Assembly: GCA_963789985.1 (NCBI GenBank)
Contig: CAWBNA010000019.1
Coordinates: forward strand, 400,464 to 464,463
Direction of reading: 5' to 3'
Length of the DNA: 64,000 bases
Source: an uncultured Bacteroidales bacterium
Lineage (GTDB): Bacteria; Bacteroidota; Bacteroidia; Bacteroidales; VadinHA17
Positions 19,889 through 28,848 of the stretch are shown here, piece after piece; positions within the stretch are counted from its first letter, which is position 1; the number at the start of each line of letters is the position of its first letter. The translations under genes were made by a program, and so were the position numbers. The notes beneath the pieces were generated by a model. It ran no database searches, was not told the DNA's origin, and was given only the letters and a program-made list of their open reading frames with translations.

Positions 19889-20917
19889 ATGAACCCGGTT
19901 GCAGGAATTTTCTTAATTGCGCTTGGAAGTATAGGAGCAGCGAGTTTTTATGTTCCCCTGAGAAAGGTCAGGGAATGGGCCTGGGAATCATATTGGCTGG
20001 CACAGGGAGTTGCAGCATGGCTCATAGCTCCCTGGTTGTTTGCATTGATTTTCGTTCCGCATGGAGAGTTAATACCAATAATTAATGAATCATCGTCATC
20101 GGCAAAATTGATGGCAGTGTTCTTTGGAGTGCTCTGGGGCTTTGGCGGCCTGACTTTCGGACTGAGCATGAGGTACCTGGGTGTAGCACTGGGGCAAAGC
20201 ATTGCCCTCGGATTATGTGCTGCATTCGGAACCATAATACCTGCAGCAGTATCGGGGCAGAGTCTTTTTTCATCACGGGCAGGGATACTTACAATAATAG
20301 GCGTGGCCCTCACAGTGGCAGGCATTGCCATTATAGGATATGCCGGAGCTCTGAAAAGCAAAGGGCTGAACGAAGAGGAAAAAAAAGCAGCTGTAAAGGA
20401 GTTTGCATTGAAGAAAGGATTGCTGATTGCAATTTTCGCGGGTATAATGAGTGCCTGCTTCAATTTCGGATATCAGGTCGGCAAACCAATTGAGAACATA
20501 GCACTTGCCCACGGAACAAACCCTTTGTTCCAGAAAAATCCCACTTTGATTTTCATACTGTTCGGCGGTTTTCTTACAAATCTTGTCTATTGCGGATACC
20601 TTAACATCAGGAACAAAACCTGGAAAGACTATATCTCGGTTTCAGGAAAAACTATGCTCAATAATCTGTGTTTCTCATTTCTTGCAGGATTCCTCTGGTT
20701 CCTTCAGTTTCATTTCTTCGGAATGGGTTCCAGCAAGCTTCCGGCCGGAATGGCGGTATTCGGATGGAGCATACTTATGGCCCTTAACATTGCCATAAGC
20801 AATATCTGGGGTATAATACTCAAAGAATGGAAAGGTGCTGATGCCAGAACAATTGTTGTTCTGATCAGCGGGATTGTCATTCTTATCCTGTCGGCCTTTG
20901 TTGTGAAATTAACCTGA
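19889..20917 (+). CDS. rhaT: L-rhamnose:H+ symporter
   Basis: 342 aa and polytopic. The N-terminus GSIGAASFYVPLRKVREWAWESYW closely parallels E. coli RhaT. Confidence 0.9.
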   Translation: MNPVAGIFLIALGSIGAASFYVPLRKVREWAWESYWLAQGVAAWLIAPWLFALIFVPHGELIPIINESSSSAKLMAVFFGVLWGFGGLTFGLSMRYLGVALGQSIALGLCAAFGTIIPAAVSGQSLFSSRAGILTIIGVALTVAGIAIIGYAGALKSKGLNEEEKKAAVKEFALKKGLLIAIFAGIMSACFNFGYQVGKPIENIALAHGTNPLFQKNPTLIFILFGGFLTNLVYCGYLNIRNKTWKDYISVSGKTMLNNLCFSFLAGFLWFLQFHFFGMGSSKLPAGMAVFGWSILMALNIAISNIWGIILKEWKGADARTIVVLISGIVILILSAFVVKLT

Positions 20918-20926
20918 ATTTTAATT

Positions 20927-21241
20927 ATGAAAAGATCCGGCTTCAAGATGAAACTTTACCCTGGTTTCCGGGAAGAGTACAGGAAAAGACACACCGAAAT
21001 CTGGCCCGAGCTTGTTGCATTACTGAAAAACGAAGGAATAAGTAACTATTCTATATTCATCGATAATGAAACTAATACCTTGTTCGGGTACCAGGAACAA
21101 TCAGGTGAAAATTCCTCCCAGGATCTCGGACAATCTGAAATAGTCAAGAAATGGTGGAAGTATATGGCAGACATAATGGAAACAAACCCTGATAATTCGC
21201 CTGTTACAATCGCACTTGAAGAGGTTTTTTATTTGGAATAA
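20927..21241 (+). CDS. rhaM: L-rhamnose mutarotase
   Basis: 104 aa. KMKLYPGFREEYRKRHTEIWPEL matches the RhaM N-terminal signature. Confidence 0.9.
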   Translation: MKRSGFKMKLYPGFREEYRKRHTEIWPELVALLKNEGISNYSIFIDNETNTLFGYQEQSGENSSQDLGQSEIVKKWWKYMADIMETNPDNSPVTIALEEVFYLE

Positions 21242-21271
21242 ATTATATAAAATATTGCCGGCTAAAACTGC

Positions 21272-21297
21272 AAAATCAAAATTATTTACACATGAAA
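21272..21297 (+). promoter_or_regulatory. 26-nt start-proximal motif AAAATCAAAATTATTTACACATGAAA shared with leader copies A and B
   Basis: Exact 26/26 match to the reverse complement of 58387-58412, and 25/26 to the copy A equivalent. Includes the rhaA ATG. Confidence 0.7.
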
Positions 21298-22557
21298 AAA
21301 GAAAATGTGAAAAAAGCTTATCAGTTTGCAAAAGAACAATATGCAGAACTTGGAATTGATACTGACAAAGTGTTAACTGAATTGGATAAGCTGGTTATAA
21401 GCCTCCATTGCTGGCAGACTGATGACGTTGGAGGTTTTGAGAGAGAAGGGGCGGAACTTGGCGGAGGGGGCATACAAGCTACCGGTAATTTTCCGGGGAA
21501 AGCCCGCAATATAGGACAGATGAGGGATGACCTGGATAAAGTGATGTCGCTTGTTCCCGGGAAGCAGCGAATCAACCTGCATGCCATTTACGGAGAGTTC
21601 GGCGGCGAAAAGATCGATCGCAACCGGATTGAAATCAAGCATTATCAGGGATGGATCGACTGGGCCAGAAAAAGAGGGATAGGGTTAGATTTTAATTGCA
21701 CATGCTTTTCTCATCCGTTTGCTGATGACGGATTCACACTTTCAAGTAAAAACCCGAAAACCAGGAAATTCTGGATCGAGCATACAAAACGCTGCCGCGC
21801 GATTGCTGCGGAAATGGGAAAGCAGCTGGGAACGCCTTCAGTTCATAACATCTGGATCCCGGACGGTTCAAAGGATATTCCGGTCGATCGTTTCGCCCTG
21901 CGCAAGATTCTTAAAAAATCACTCGACGAAATCTTCTCTGTAAAATACCCGAAGAAATATCTCAAGGACTCAGTTGAAAGCAAGTTATTTGGCATAGGAT
22001 CCGAATCGATGGTTGTAGGTTCTTTCGATTTTTACCTTGGATATGCAATCAAGAACAAGACAATGATAACACTCGACAACGGGCATTTCCACCCGACAGA
22101 ACAGGTTGGGGACAAGATCTCATCAATTCTTCTCTTTGTGGATGAAATCCTTCTGCACCTGACAAGAGGAGTAAGATGGGACAGCGACCATGTGCTGACC
22201 CTGAATGATGAACTATTGCTGATTGCAGAGGAAATTGTCCGTTCAAACTCCCTTCCCAAAGTAAATATCGGACTTGATTATTTCGATGCAAGTCTCAACA
22301 GGATAGGAGCTTATGTTATTGGAATCAGGGCGGCACAGACAGCTTTCATGTATGCAATGCTTGAACCGCAGAAAGCGCTTGTCAGATTTGAAGAGGAAGG
22401 GAAGAACTTTGAAAGGTTGTCATTTCTTGAATTGATGAAAACAAAACCTTTCGGAGCTGTTTACGATTATTATTGTATGATCAATGATACACCTTCAGGC
22501 CAGGATTATATTGAGGAAATTGGCAAATATGAAAAGAAGGTTTTAATGAAAAGATAA
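21292..22557 (+). CDS. rhaA: L-rhamnose isomerase
   Basis: 421 aa with the SLHCWQTDDVGGFE motif. Length and context match RhaA. Confidence 0.9.
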   Translation: MKKENVKKAYQFAKEQYAELGIDTDKVLTELDKLVISLHCWQTDDVGGFEREGAELGGGGIQATGNFPGKARNIGQMRDDLDKVMSLVPGKQRINLHAIYGEFGGEKIDRNRIEIKHYQGWIDWARKRGIGLDFNCTCFSHPFADDGFTLSSKNPKTRKFWIEHTKRCRAIAAEMGKQLGTPSVHNIWIPDGSKDIPVDRFALRKILKKSLDEIFSVKYPKKYLKDSVESKLFGIGSESMVVGSFDFYLGYAIKNKTMITLDNGHFHPTEQVGDKISSILLFVDEILLHLTRGVRWDSDHVLTLNDELLLIAEEIVRSNSLPKVNIGLDYFDASLNRIGAYVIGIRAAQTAFMYAMLEPQKALVRFEEEGKNFERLSFLELMKTKPFGAVYDYYCMINDTPSGQDYIEEIGKYEKKVLMKR

Positions 22558-22596
22558 TTGTGAAATTTTCATTCATCATATTTTGAGAGAATTAAA

Positions 22597-23964
22597 ATGA
22601 AGGAAAAAGTTATAGCAGTATTTGATATCGGGAAGACCAACAAAAAGCTGATCATTTTTGACTATAACCTGAGGCAAATCATGGATGAGGAGAGAAGATT
22701 TACAGAAAGCGTTGATGATGATGGATTTGAATGCGATAATATAGAGATGATCGAAGAATGGCTCACTGATTCCATAATACGGTTGCTGCATTCCGACAGA
22801 TTTGATCTGACAGCGATTAATTTTGCAACATATGGCGCAACCATTGCCTATCTGGGATCTGACGGGAAAAGGATCACCCCTGTATATAACTATCTCAAAC
22901 CGATTGATGACTTGATCCCGGAAAGAATATACAGGAGATACGGGGGACAGGACGAATTTTGCAGAAGGACAGCTTCACCTGCACTGGGGATGCTTAATTC
23001 CGGAATGCAGATAATCTGGCTAAAGACAACAAAACCGCAGGTCTTTTCCAGGGTAAAGCATATTCTTCATTTTCCGCAGTACTTTTCATACCTTGTCACA
23101 GGGAAGACCTATTCGGAACACACTTCAATAGGCTGCCATACAGCACTTTGGGATTTTGATGAGATGACCTACCATCCCTGGGTCAGGGATCATTGCGTGG
23201 AACTTCCGGAACCAGTTCCGGTAAGTACAATTAATGAAGTTGAAGTTGAGGGTAAAAAGATCAAGGTCGGCATCGGGATACATGACAGCTCTTCTTCACT
23301 TGCACCCTACTTTGCAAGCAACAGAGGAAAATTCCTTCTTATTTCAACCGGGACATGGTGCATTAATATGAACCCTTTCAACTCTGAAAAACTTACCGTG
23401 GATCAGCTCGACAGGGATTGCCTGTGCTATATGAGCGTAACAAGCAAACCGGTGAAATCCTCGAGAATATTCATAGGCCAACTTCATGAGACAGGTTTGA
23501 AGATGCTGAATGAGCACTTCAGGACTACCGATGATTTTTACAGAAACGTGTATTTTGACCAGGATCTTTACATTATGCTGAAATCAAGATATAGCGGCGA
23601 CAGAAGAGCTTTCTTCACAAGCGGACCCGGATCGAGGGAATTCAGGGAAAGAATTGACCTGTTTGATTTCAAATCATTTGATGAAGCTTATCATCAGCTT
23701 ATGAGCGAGCTTACTGATCTGACAATAGAATCAATAAGGCTTATTATTCCTCAGAATGATGACACTGAAAATATGTATATTACCGGAGGCTTTGCAAAGA
23801 ACAACATATTCCTTAGGCTGATGGCAAAAGCATTTCCTGAAAAGAAAGTTTATACGTCATTAATAAATGATGCATCAGCTCTCGGAGCAGCCCTGGCCAT
23901 TTATAATCCGGTAACCGGCAAACAGATTGAACCGGAACTCGGACTTACCGAATGTGCATATTAA
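22597..23964 (+). CDS. rhaB: FGGY-family sugar kinase, probable rhamnulokinase
   Basis: 455 aa with an FGGY-like N-terminus AVFDIGKTNKK and C-terminal ITGGFAKN. Function is assigned mainly from its position after rhaA. Confidence 0.65.
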   Translation: MKEKVIAVFDIGKTNKKLIIFDYNLRQIMDEERRFTESVDDDGFECDNIEMIEEWLTDSIIRLLHSDRFDLTAINFATYGATIAYLGSDGKRITPVYNYLKPIDDLIPERIYRRYGGQDEFCRRTASPALGMLNSGMQIIWLKTTKPQVFSRVKHILHFPQYFSYLVTGKTYSEHTSIGCHTALWDFDEMTYHPWVRDHCVELPEPVPVSTINEVEVEGKKIKVGIGIHDSSSSLAPYFASNRGKFLLISTGTWCINMNPFNSEKLTVDQLDRDCLCYMSVTSKPVKSSRIFIGQLHETGLKMLNEHFRTTDDFYRNVYFDQDLYIMLKSRYSGDRRAFFTSGPGSREFRERIDLFDFKSFDEAYHQLMSELTDLTIESIRLIIPQNDDTENMYITGGFAKNNIFLRLMAKAFPEKKVYTSLINDASALGAALAIYNPVTGKQIEPELGLTECAY

Positions 23965-25907
23965 TTCGTAAAGAAAAAGATCATTAATGTCCCTGCAGTC
24001 ATAAGGAAAAAAGCTAAAGGAAGACTCAGCAGAAATTTCTTAAGGGGCTTTGCCTGATATCCATTCCAGGTTCTTCCAATGTTCCTGAGACTTAAATAAA
24101 GTCCGGTAAGTACAAGTACTGCCTGGAACCATGGTATCAACTGAGGAAAAAGCTGATGCCATGGAATATTTGCAGTCCCGAAGAAATCCCAGCCCCAACC
24201 GAAAGGATCAGAGACCGACTGGATTATGAATGTCACATTTACAAAGAACATAGGGATCACAAAAGCGATCCATAGCATGAGTCCCAATGGCAGGAGAGAT
24301 CCTGAGTAGCCCAGGAATATGTATCCTGGTTTTAAATCTGCTTTTGAAATTCGCTTGCCCAGTATTGCAAGAAGATAAATAATTCCGGGAATTACTGCAA
24401 GAACAATAAACCATAGGGAGGCTGAGTAAATGCCGAACAGTCCCCAGTTATGCTTATCCATAATGTTCACGTAATCACGCACTGAAGGCCACGGACCAAG
24501 ATAAAGTATGCTGTATATAATTGATATGGTAAATATTGCTGTCACCAGCCATGCCTCGCTTAAAGAACGGGTCCCTGTTTCAGAGGCAAAAGGTCTTTTG
24601 TAAAGTGAAACGTTGTTATATGTGCAGCTCCTGAAGCACTCAAGGCACAATCCGCAATCAGTGTTCTCCTTGATCCTGCCCACATTAAGTCCGTAAGGGC
24701 AGGCCCACCCATTGATATTTCCGTTCTGACAATAATGGGGTTTGCACTGGTCGCATACTTCCTGGGATCCGCTCCTTAACGCAAGCGGATTCATTCTTGC
24801 AAAAGGGTTTACAAAAACACTTACCGGGCATACGTACCTGCAGAATGCCCTTAGCTCCCAGAAGATCCCCATTATGGCAGGTACAACTATAAGAATAAGA
24901 ACCGCTGTTCCTGAAAGTTTAGGCACTGCAACAAGCGTTGTCGAAAAAGTTGCAAAAACCATAAAGCAGAACAACTTAAGCCATTCATTATTAAGCTTTT
25001 CAGGCCATTTATTGAAGAAGCCGGAGAACCTGTTGTTGTAATCGCCTCTTTTCCCTTTCAGCGGGTTGAAAATTGATCTCCGCTGGATAAGATCTCCGAA
25101 TAAAGGAAGAGGGCATATCGTACACCATATTCTTCCAAAGAAAGGTGTAAGAAGGGCCACAAGAACAAAGAGCCACACCGACCACATCATCAGGACACCC
25201 AGGTTCCTTCCCGACATCTTGGTTCCAAAGAGTGAAGTAAGTATCACAATATAGATAAGCACCATCATCAGAATTGTTATAAAAATCTGGACTCCTCTGT
25301 TTAGTATGACCTTTCTGAGGAATCCACTGCCGAGCTTCAGCTCCCTGTATTTTTCTTCCGGCTGGCCCGATTGTTTATTCCTGCCGAAGAACCCGAGCAA
25401 CCAGATCAGGATTATTCCAGCTATAGATCCAAGACTCATACAAAGCAGGGTATTTGGCAATATAACAAGCTTCCCCTGCTCAAATGCATGCATGGGTCCG
25501 CACCATACATGGCAGCGGTAATTGCTTTTGGAAACAAGTATATTTGCAATTCCTGAATGTTTCGCAGTCAGTACAACTTCTTTGGTTATTTCCGGCTTTA
25601 TTGTCGGATCGCTGGGTCTGAAAACGGCTACTTCATCACGGGCAGGAGTTACCTTTACATCAATGTCGAATTCCTCGAGAAAGAAGGAATGACCTGTATC
25701 ATTGGTTGAAAAAGTCAAATGAAGCCTGTCTCCCCGGTTGCACCTTATGACATATGGAGTCTTGCCATAACGGAAACTGGTGATGTGTATATACCTGTCG
25801 GAAGGTTTTTTTATAAAGAGCTGACATACGACTGCCGGTATCAGGCTGAAAGCTAATATTATCAGGATTTTATCAACGTTTTTCCTTATCTGATCCATCA
25901 ATCTCAA
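23961..25907 (-). CDS. fusion membrane protein: N-terminal cupredoxin-like domain + NapH/NosR-type polyferredoxin
   Basis: 648 aa. Residues ~40-150 look cupredoxin-like (NDTGHSFF ... YRCHVWCGPMHAFEQGKLVILP). Downstream are GRIWCTICP and AFCRYVCP membrane motifs, Cys clusters CDQCKPHYC and CGLCLECFRSC, and multiple TM helices. Confidence 0.65.
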   Translation of the reverse strand: MRLMDQIRKNVDKILIILAFSLIPAVVCQLFIKKPSDRYIHITSFRYGKTPYVIRCNRGDRLHLTFSTNDTGHSFFLEEFDIDVKVTPARDEVAVFRPSDPTIKPEITKEVVLTAKHSGIANILVSKSNYRCHVWCGPMHAFEQGKLVILPNTLLCMSLGSIAGIILIWLLGFFGRNKQSGQPEEKYRELKLGSGFLRKVILNRGVQIFITILMMVLIYIVILTSLFGTKMSGRNLGVLMMWSVWLFVLVALLTPFFGRIWCTICPLPLFGDLIQRRSIFNPLKGKRGDYNNRFSGFFNKWPEKLNNEWLKLFCFMVFATFSTTLVAVPKLSGTAVLILIVVPAIMGIFWELRAFCRYVCPVSVFVNPFARMNPLALRSGSQEVCDQCKPHYCQNGNINGWACPYGLNVGRIKENTDCGLCLECFRSCTYNNVSLYKRPFASETGTRSLSEAWLVTAIFTISIIYSILYLGPWPSVRDYVNIMDKHNWGLFGIYSASLWFIVLAVIPGIIYLLAILGKRISKADLKPGYIFLGYSGSLLPLGLMLWIAFVIPMFFVNVTFIIQSVSDPFGWGWDFFGTANIPWHQLFPQLIPWFQAVLVLTGLYLSLRNIGRTWNGYQAKPLKKFLLSLPLAFFLMTAGTLMIFFFTN

Positions 25908-26038
25908 ATCTTCCTGGTTGGTGCAAATGTTTTTAGGATTTCAATAATAGTTATTAAATTCCGGAAAAACATAGGTAATTCTCATTTTAGGATTTGTTTT
26001 AAAATATATCTTCGTCCGTAAATTCATTTCAATCTTCA

Positions 26039-27436
26039 GTGATGGGAAAAAACTCAAAATCAAAAAGCGGAAAAAACCTCAGAACTGTGATTGCAGTTAT
26101 TTTTGTATTGGCAATTATTGCGGGCATCCCATATTTTTTATTAAGCTATCAGGCAAAGCATCTGGGCATTAAAAGAGGTGAGGTGATTAACAGGGTGTTA
26201 TATAAATCGGGAAACAAGACTATAAAAACTAACGCATCGGCCGGGAATGAGCAGGGAAAGGATGTTGATTTCCTGTCTCCACGGCAGATTGGCCATGGTT
26301 TCACAGAACCCCCGCAGATATCGAATATCGAGGCTGTCGATCTGGATAAGGACGGCCTTCTTGACTTGATCGTCTGCGACTGCAGGAGCAATTCGGTAAA
26401 CTGGATACGGCAATACCCTAAGGGAGTATTCACTGAGACAACTCTTGCATCTGATCTGATAGCACCTGCTCATGCCCAGATCATTGATTTTGACAATGAC
26501 GGTGATAATGATATTATGGTGGCTGTTCTGGGTATGCTTTTTCCGAACAATGATAAGATAGGGTCAGTGGTAATTCTGGAGAACGACGGAACAAACCATT
26601 TTATTAAACACGTGGTTGCAGACAAAATAGCACGGGTTTCAGATGTGAGAGCAGGGGATCTTGACGGTGACGGTGATATGGATCTTGCAGTTGCAGAATT
26701 CGGATATGATGACGGAGAAACGAGATGGATGGAAAACCTTGGTAACTGGAAATTTAAGAGTCATATACTTCAGAGCCTTTCAGGACCCATTAATGTTGAA
26801 ATAGTTGATATTGACAATGATAATGATCTTGATATAGTTTCACTTGTGAGTCAGGAATGGGAAGAAATATACTGTTTCGTAAATGACGGCAAAGGAAATT
26901 TTCAGCCAAAATTGCTTTTTGGCTCAAGCAATGAGGATTTCGGATCAAGCGGCATTTACATTACCGACCTTAACAAGGATGGATATCAGGATATACTTTA
27001 TACAAATGGTGATGCTTTCGATTATATTCCTCCACGCGGACGGCCCTGGCACGGAGTGCAATGGCTCGAGAATAAAGGGAACCTGAATTTTGTCTACCAC
27101 AGGATCTGCAATTTCATGGGAGCATATAATGTGCGACCATGTGATATTGACAATGACGGGGATATCGATCTTTTCGTGGTAAGCGGATTCAACAAGTGGG
27201 AAGATCCCAATGCCCAGAGTTTCATCTGGCTTGAAAATGACGGTAAAATGAATTTTACGATGCACAATATTGCAAGCAACCCGACGCATCTTCTGACTCT
27301 CGCACTCGGTGACTTCAATGGCGACGGATTAATGGATATGGTAACCGGCGGAATGCATACTTACCCGCCATATGACCGGATGGGCAGGATAACCCTGTGG
27401 ACCAATAACGGGAAATTATCAGAGGGGAAACATTGA
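26039..27436 (+). CDS. FG-GAP/VCBS-repeat beta-propeller protein, N-terminally anchored
   Basis: 465 aa with an N-terminal TM. Seven Ca-binding-like repeats: DLDKDGLLD, DFDNDGDND, DLDGDGDMD, DIDNDNDLD, DLNKDGYQD, DIDNDGDID, DFNGDGLMD. Confidence 0.8.
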   Translation: MMGKNSKSKSGKNLRTVIAVIFVLAIIAGIPYFLLSYQAKHLGIKRGEVINRVLYKSGNKTIKTNASAGNEQGKDVDFLSPRQIGHGFTEPPQISNIEAVDLDKDGLLDLIVCDCRSNSVNWIRQYPKGVFTETTLASDLIAPAHAQIIDFDNDGDNDIMVAVLGMLFPNNDKIGSVVILENDGTNHFIKHVVADKIARVSDVRAGDLDGDGDMDLAVAEFGYDDGETRWMENLGNWKFKSHILQSLSGPINVEIVDIDNDNDLDIVSLVSQEWEEIYCFVNDGKGNFQPKLLFGSSNEDFGSSGIYITDLNKDGYQDILYTNGDAFDYIPPRGRPWHGVQWLENKGNLNFVYHRICNFMGAYNVRPCDIDNDGDIDLFVVSGFNKWEDPNAQSFIWLENDGKMNFTMHNIASNPTHLLTLALGDFNGDGLMDMVTGGMHTYPPYDRMGRITLWTNNGKLSEGKH

Positions 27437-27654
27437 TAATCCAGGCATCTATGAATGTTATAGTACTATGTATAACATAGTATTATTAAATAAAAAATAC
27501 CGGAAGAAAGTCGGAACAGCAATTTGCGCCCGGTAATTAACGTTGTTGGTATGTATTATTGGATTGTTAAGAAATCACTGCAATCTTTTCAATTGATTAA
27601 ATAATTTTAACCGAACCAAAGAGATCATTAATATAAATTTAAACTAACCCAAGT

Positions 27655-28062
27655 ATGAAAAGCATAAAATGTTTATTGCCGGTGATTCTCATATTCTTTC
27701 TGAATATTCCGCTGAATGCGCAAAAGCCCGATTCAACGATAAAAGTCAAGAGCATGGTCGTATACCAGGAAAAATATGAGTCCGTGTCACCCAAAAAGTA
27801 CAAGGAGTCGGAGCAGAATTTTGACATAAAAGGAAATCTGATCGAGGATATTTCTTATAAACAGGGTAAAATATCCAGGCATTTCCGTTATGAGTATAAC
27901 TCTGACAACGACAAGATCAAGGAGGAAAAGCTTGATGCTTCCGGAAAAGTGGTAGAGACTTCAGAGTACAAATATGCAAATGGTCTCAGAATAGAAAAGA
28001 CAGTCTATAATGCTGATAAAAAGATCAAATCGAAAAAGACTTACCTCTATTCCATCTATTAG
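27655..28062 (+). CDS. small secreted hypothetical protein
   Basis: 135 aa with a signal peptide (LNIPLNAQ) and repetitive K/Y-rich beta-like segments. No family recognised. Confidence 0.5.
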   Translation: MKSIKCLLPVILIFFLNIPLNAQKPDSTIKVKSMVVYQEKYESVSPKKYKESEQNFDIKGNLIEDISYKQGKISRHFRYEYNSDNDKIKEEKLDASGKVVETSEYKYANGLRIEKTVYNADKKIKSKKTYLYSIY

Positions 28063-28065
28063 CGT

Positions 28066-28848
28066 ATGAATATCAAGCTTATAAATGACCTGTTGTACGT
28101 GTTTTCTCCCATAAACCTCGATGAGCTTGATAAAGTCAGCTTTATGGATCGTATTGACACAAAATACGTTTTCTCGGCCACGAGGCTTCCTGATTTATTG
28201 AAAATACTGAAGGAAGAGTACCGGATACTGGATATAAATGGAGAAAGGATCTTTGCTTACAGTACGATCTATTTTGACACACCTGACCACCAGTTTTACT
28301 TTGAGCATGTAAAAGGTAAGCAGGAAAGGAATAAGCTGAGGTTCAGACATTATGAAATATCAGGAGCTACTTTCCTTGAGATAAAGAAGAGAACACGAAA
28401 GAACCGGACAGTCAAATGGAGGATAACACATGATCCTGACAACAATTTATCTGATGAAAATGCTCAGAAATTTATCAATGAACACCTTGATTGTGACCCC
28501 AATGATCTGTCGCCTGTCATGGAAAACAATTTTAACAGAATGACCTTTGCTGGTATAAATGCTCCTGAACGTGTAACAATAGACGTAAATTTGTCATTTC
28601 TTACACCTGACGGCGCAAAAGCTAAAATCGACGCGGCTGTGATTGCTGAACTTAAGAGTTCCGAAGTAGCTGCAAGATCTCTTTTTTTCAAAATAATGAA
28701 ACAGCTTTCATTCCACCCGACAGGATTCAGCAAGTATTGCGTGGGGAATGCCATTCTTGTTGATCTGCCTAATAAAAATATTCTAAAACAAAATTTACTG
28801 TTACTAAATAAGATTGAAAATGAATACAAACATTTTGGCGCTGCCTGA
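28066..28848 (+). CDS. VTC-domain (polyphosphate-polymerase-like, CYTH superfamily) protein
   Basis: 260 aa. The call rests on remembered family features (FMDRIDTKYVF, RFRHYE, EIKKRT) and pairing with a DUF4956-like gene. Not verified by search. Confidence 0.55.
   Translation: MNIKLINDLLYVFSPINLDELDKVSFMDRIDTKYVFSATRLPDLLKILKEEYRILDINGERIFAYSTIYFDTPDHQFYFEHVKGKQERNKLRFRHYEISGATFLEIKKRTRKNRTVKWRITHDPDNNLSDENAQKFINEHLDCDPNDLSPVMENNFNRMTFAGINAPERVTIDVNLSFLTPDGAKAKIDAAVIAELKSSEVAARSLFFKIMKQLSFHPTGFSKYCVGNAILVDLPNKNILKQNLLLLNKIENEYKHFGAA

Noticed and set aside
19948-20463. Long antisense or alternative-frame ORFs in the six-frame track. Examples: 179-466(-), 1464-1919(-), 19948-20463(-), 39691-40044(+), 45397-45777(+), 32272-32967(+), 56461-56841(-).
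   Set aside because: Each lies entirely inside a longer ORF on the other strand or frame that has clear family motifs. Their translations are low-complexity or Cys/Ser/Leu-rich shadow sequences with no recognisable domains.
23961-23964. Convergent stop-codon overlap (TTAA) between the kinase and the cupredoxin-polyferredoxin gene.
   Set aside because: This is a simple consequence of TAA stops on both strands sharing a palindromic TTAA. There is no evidence of functional significance beyond tight packing.
27455-27478. AT-rich hairpin (ATGTTATA / TATAACAT, 8-nt loop) after the FG-GAP gene.
   Set aside because: The stem is only 8 bp and almost entirely A/T, with no clear U-tract. It is too weak to call a terminator.
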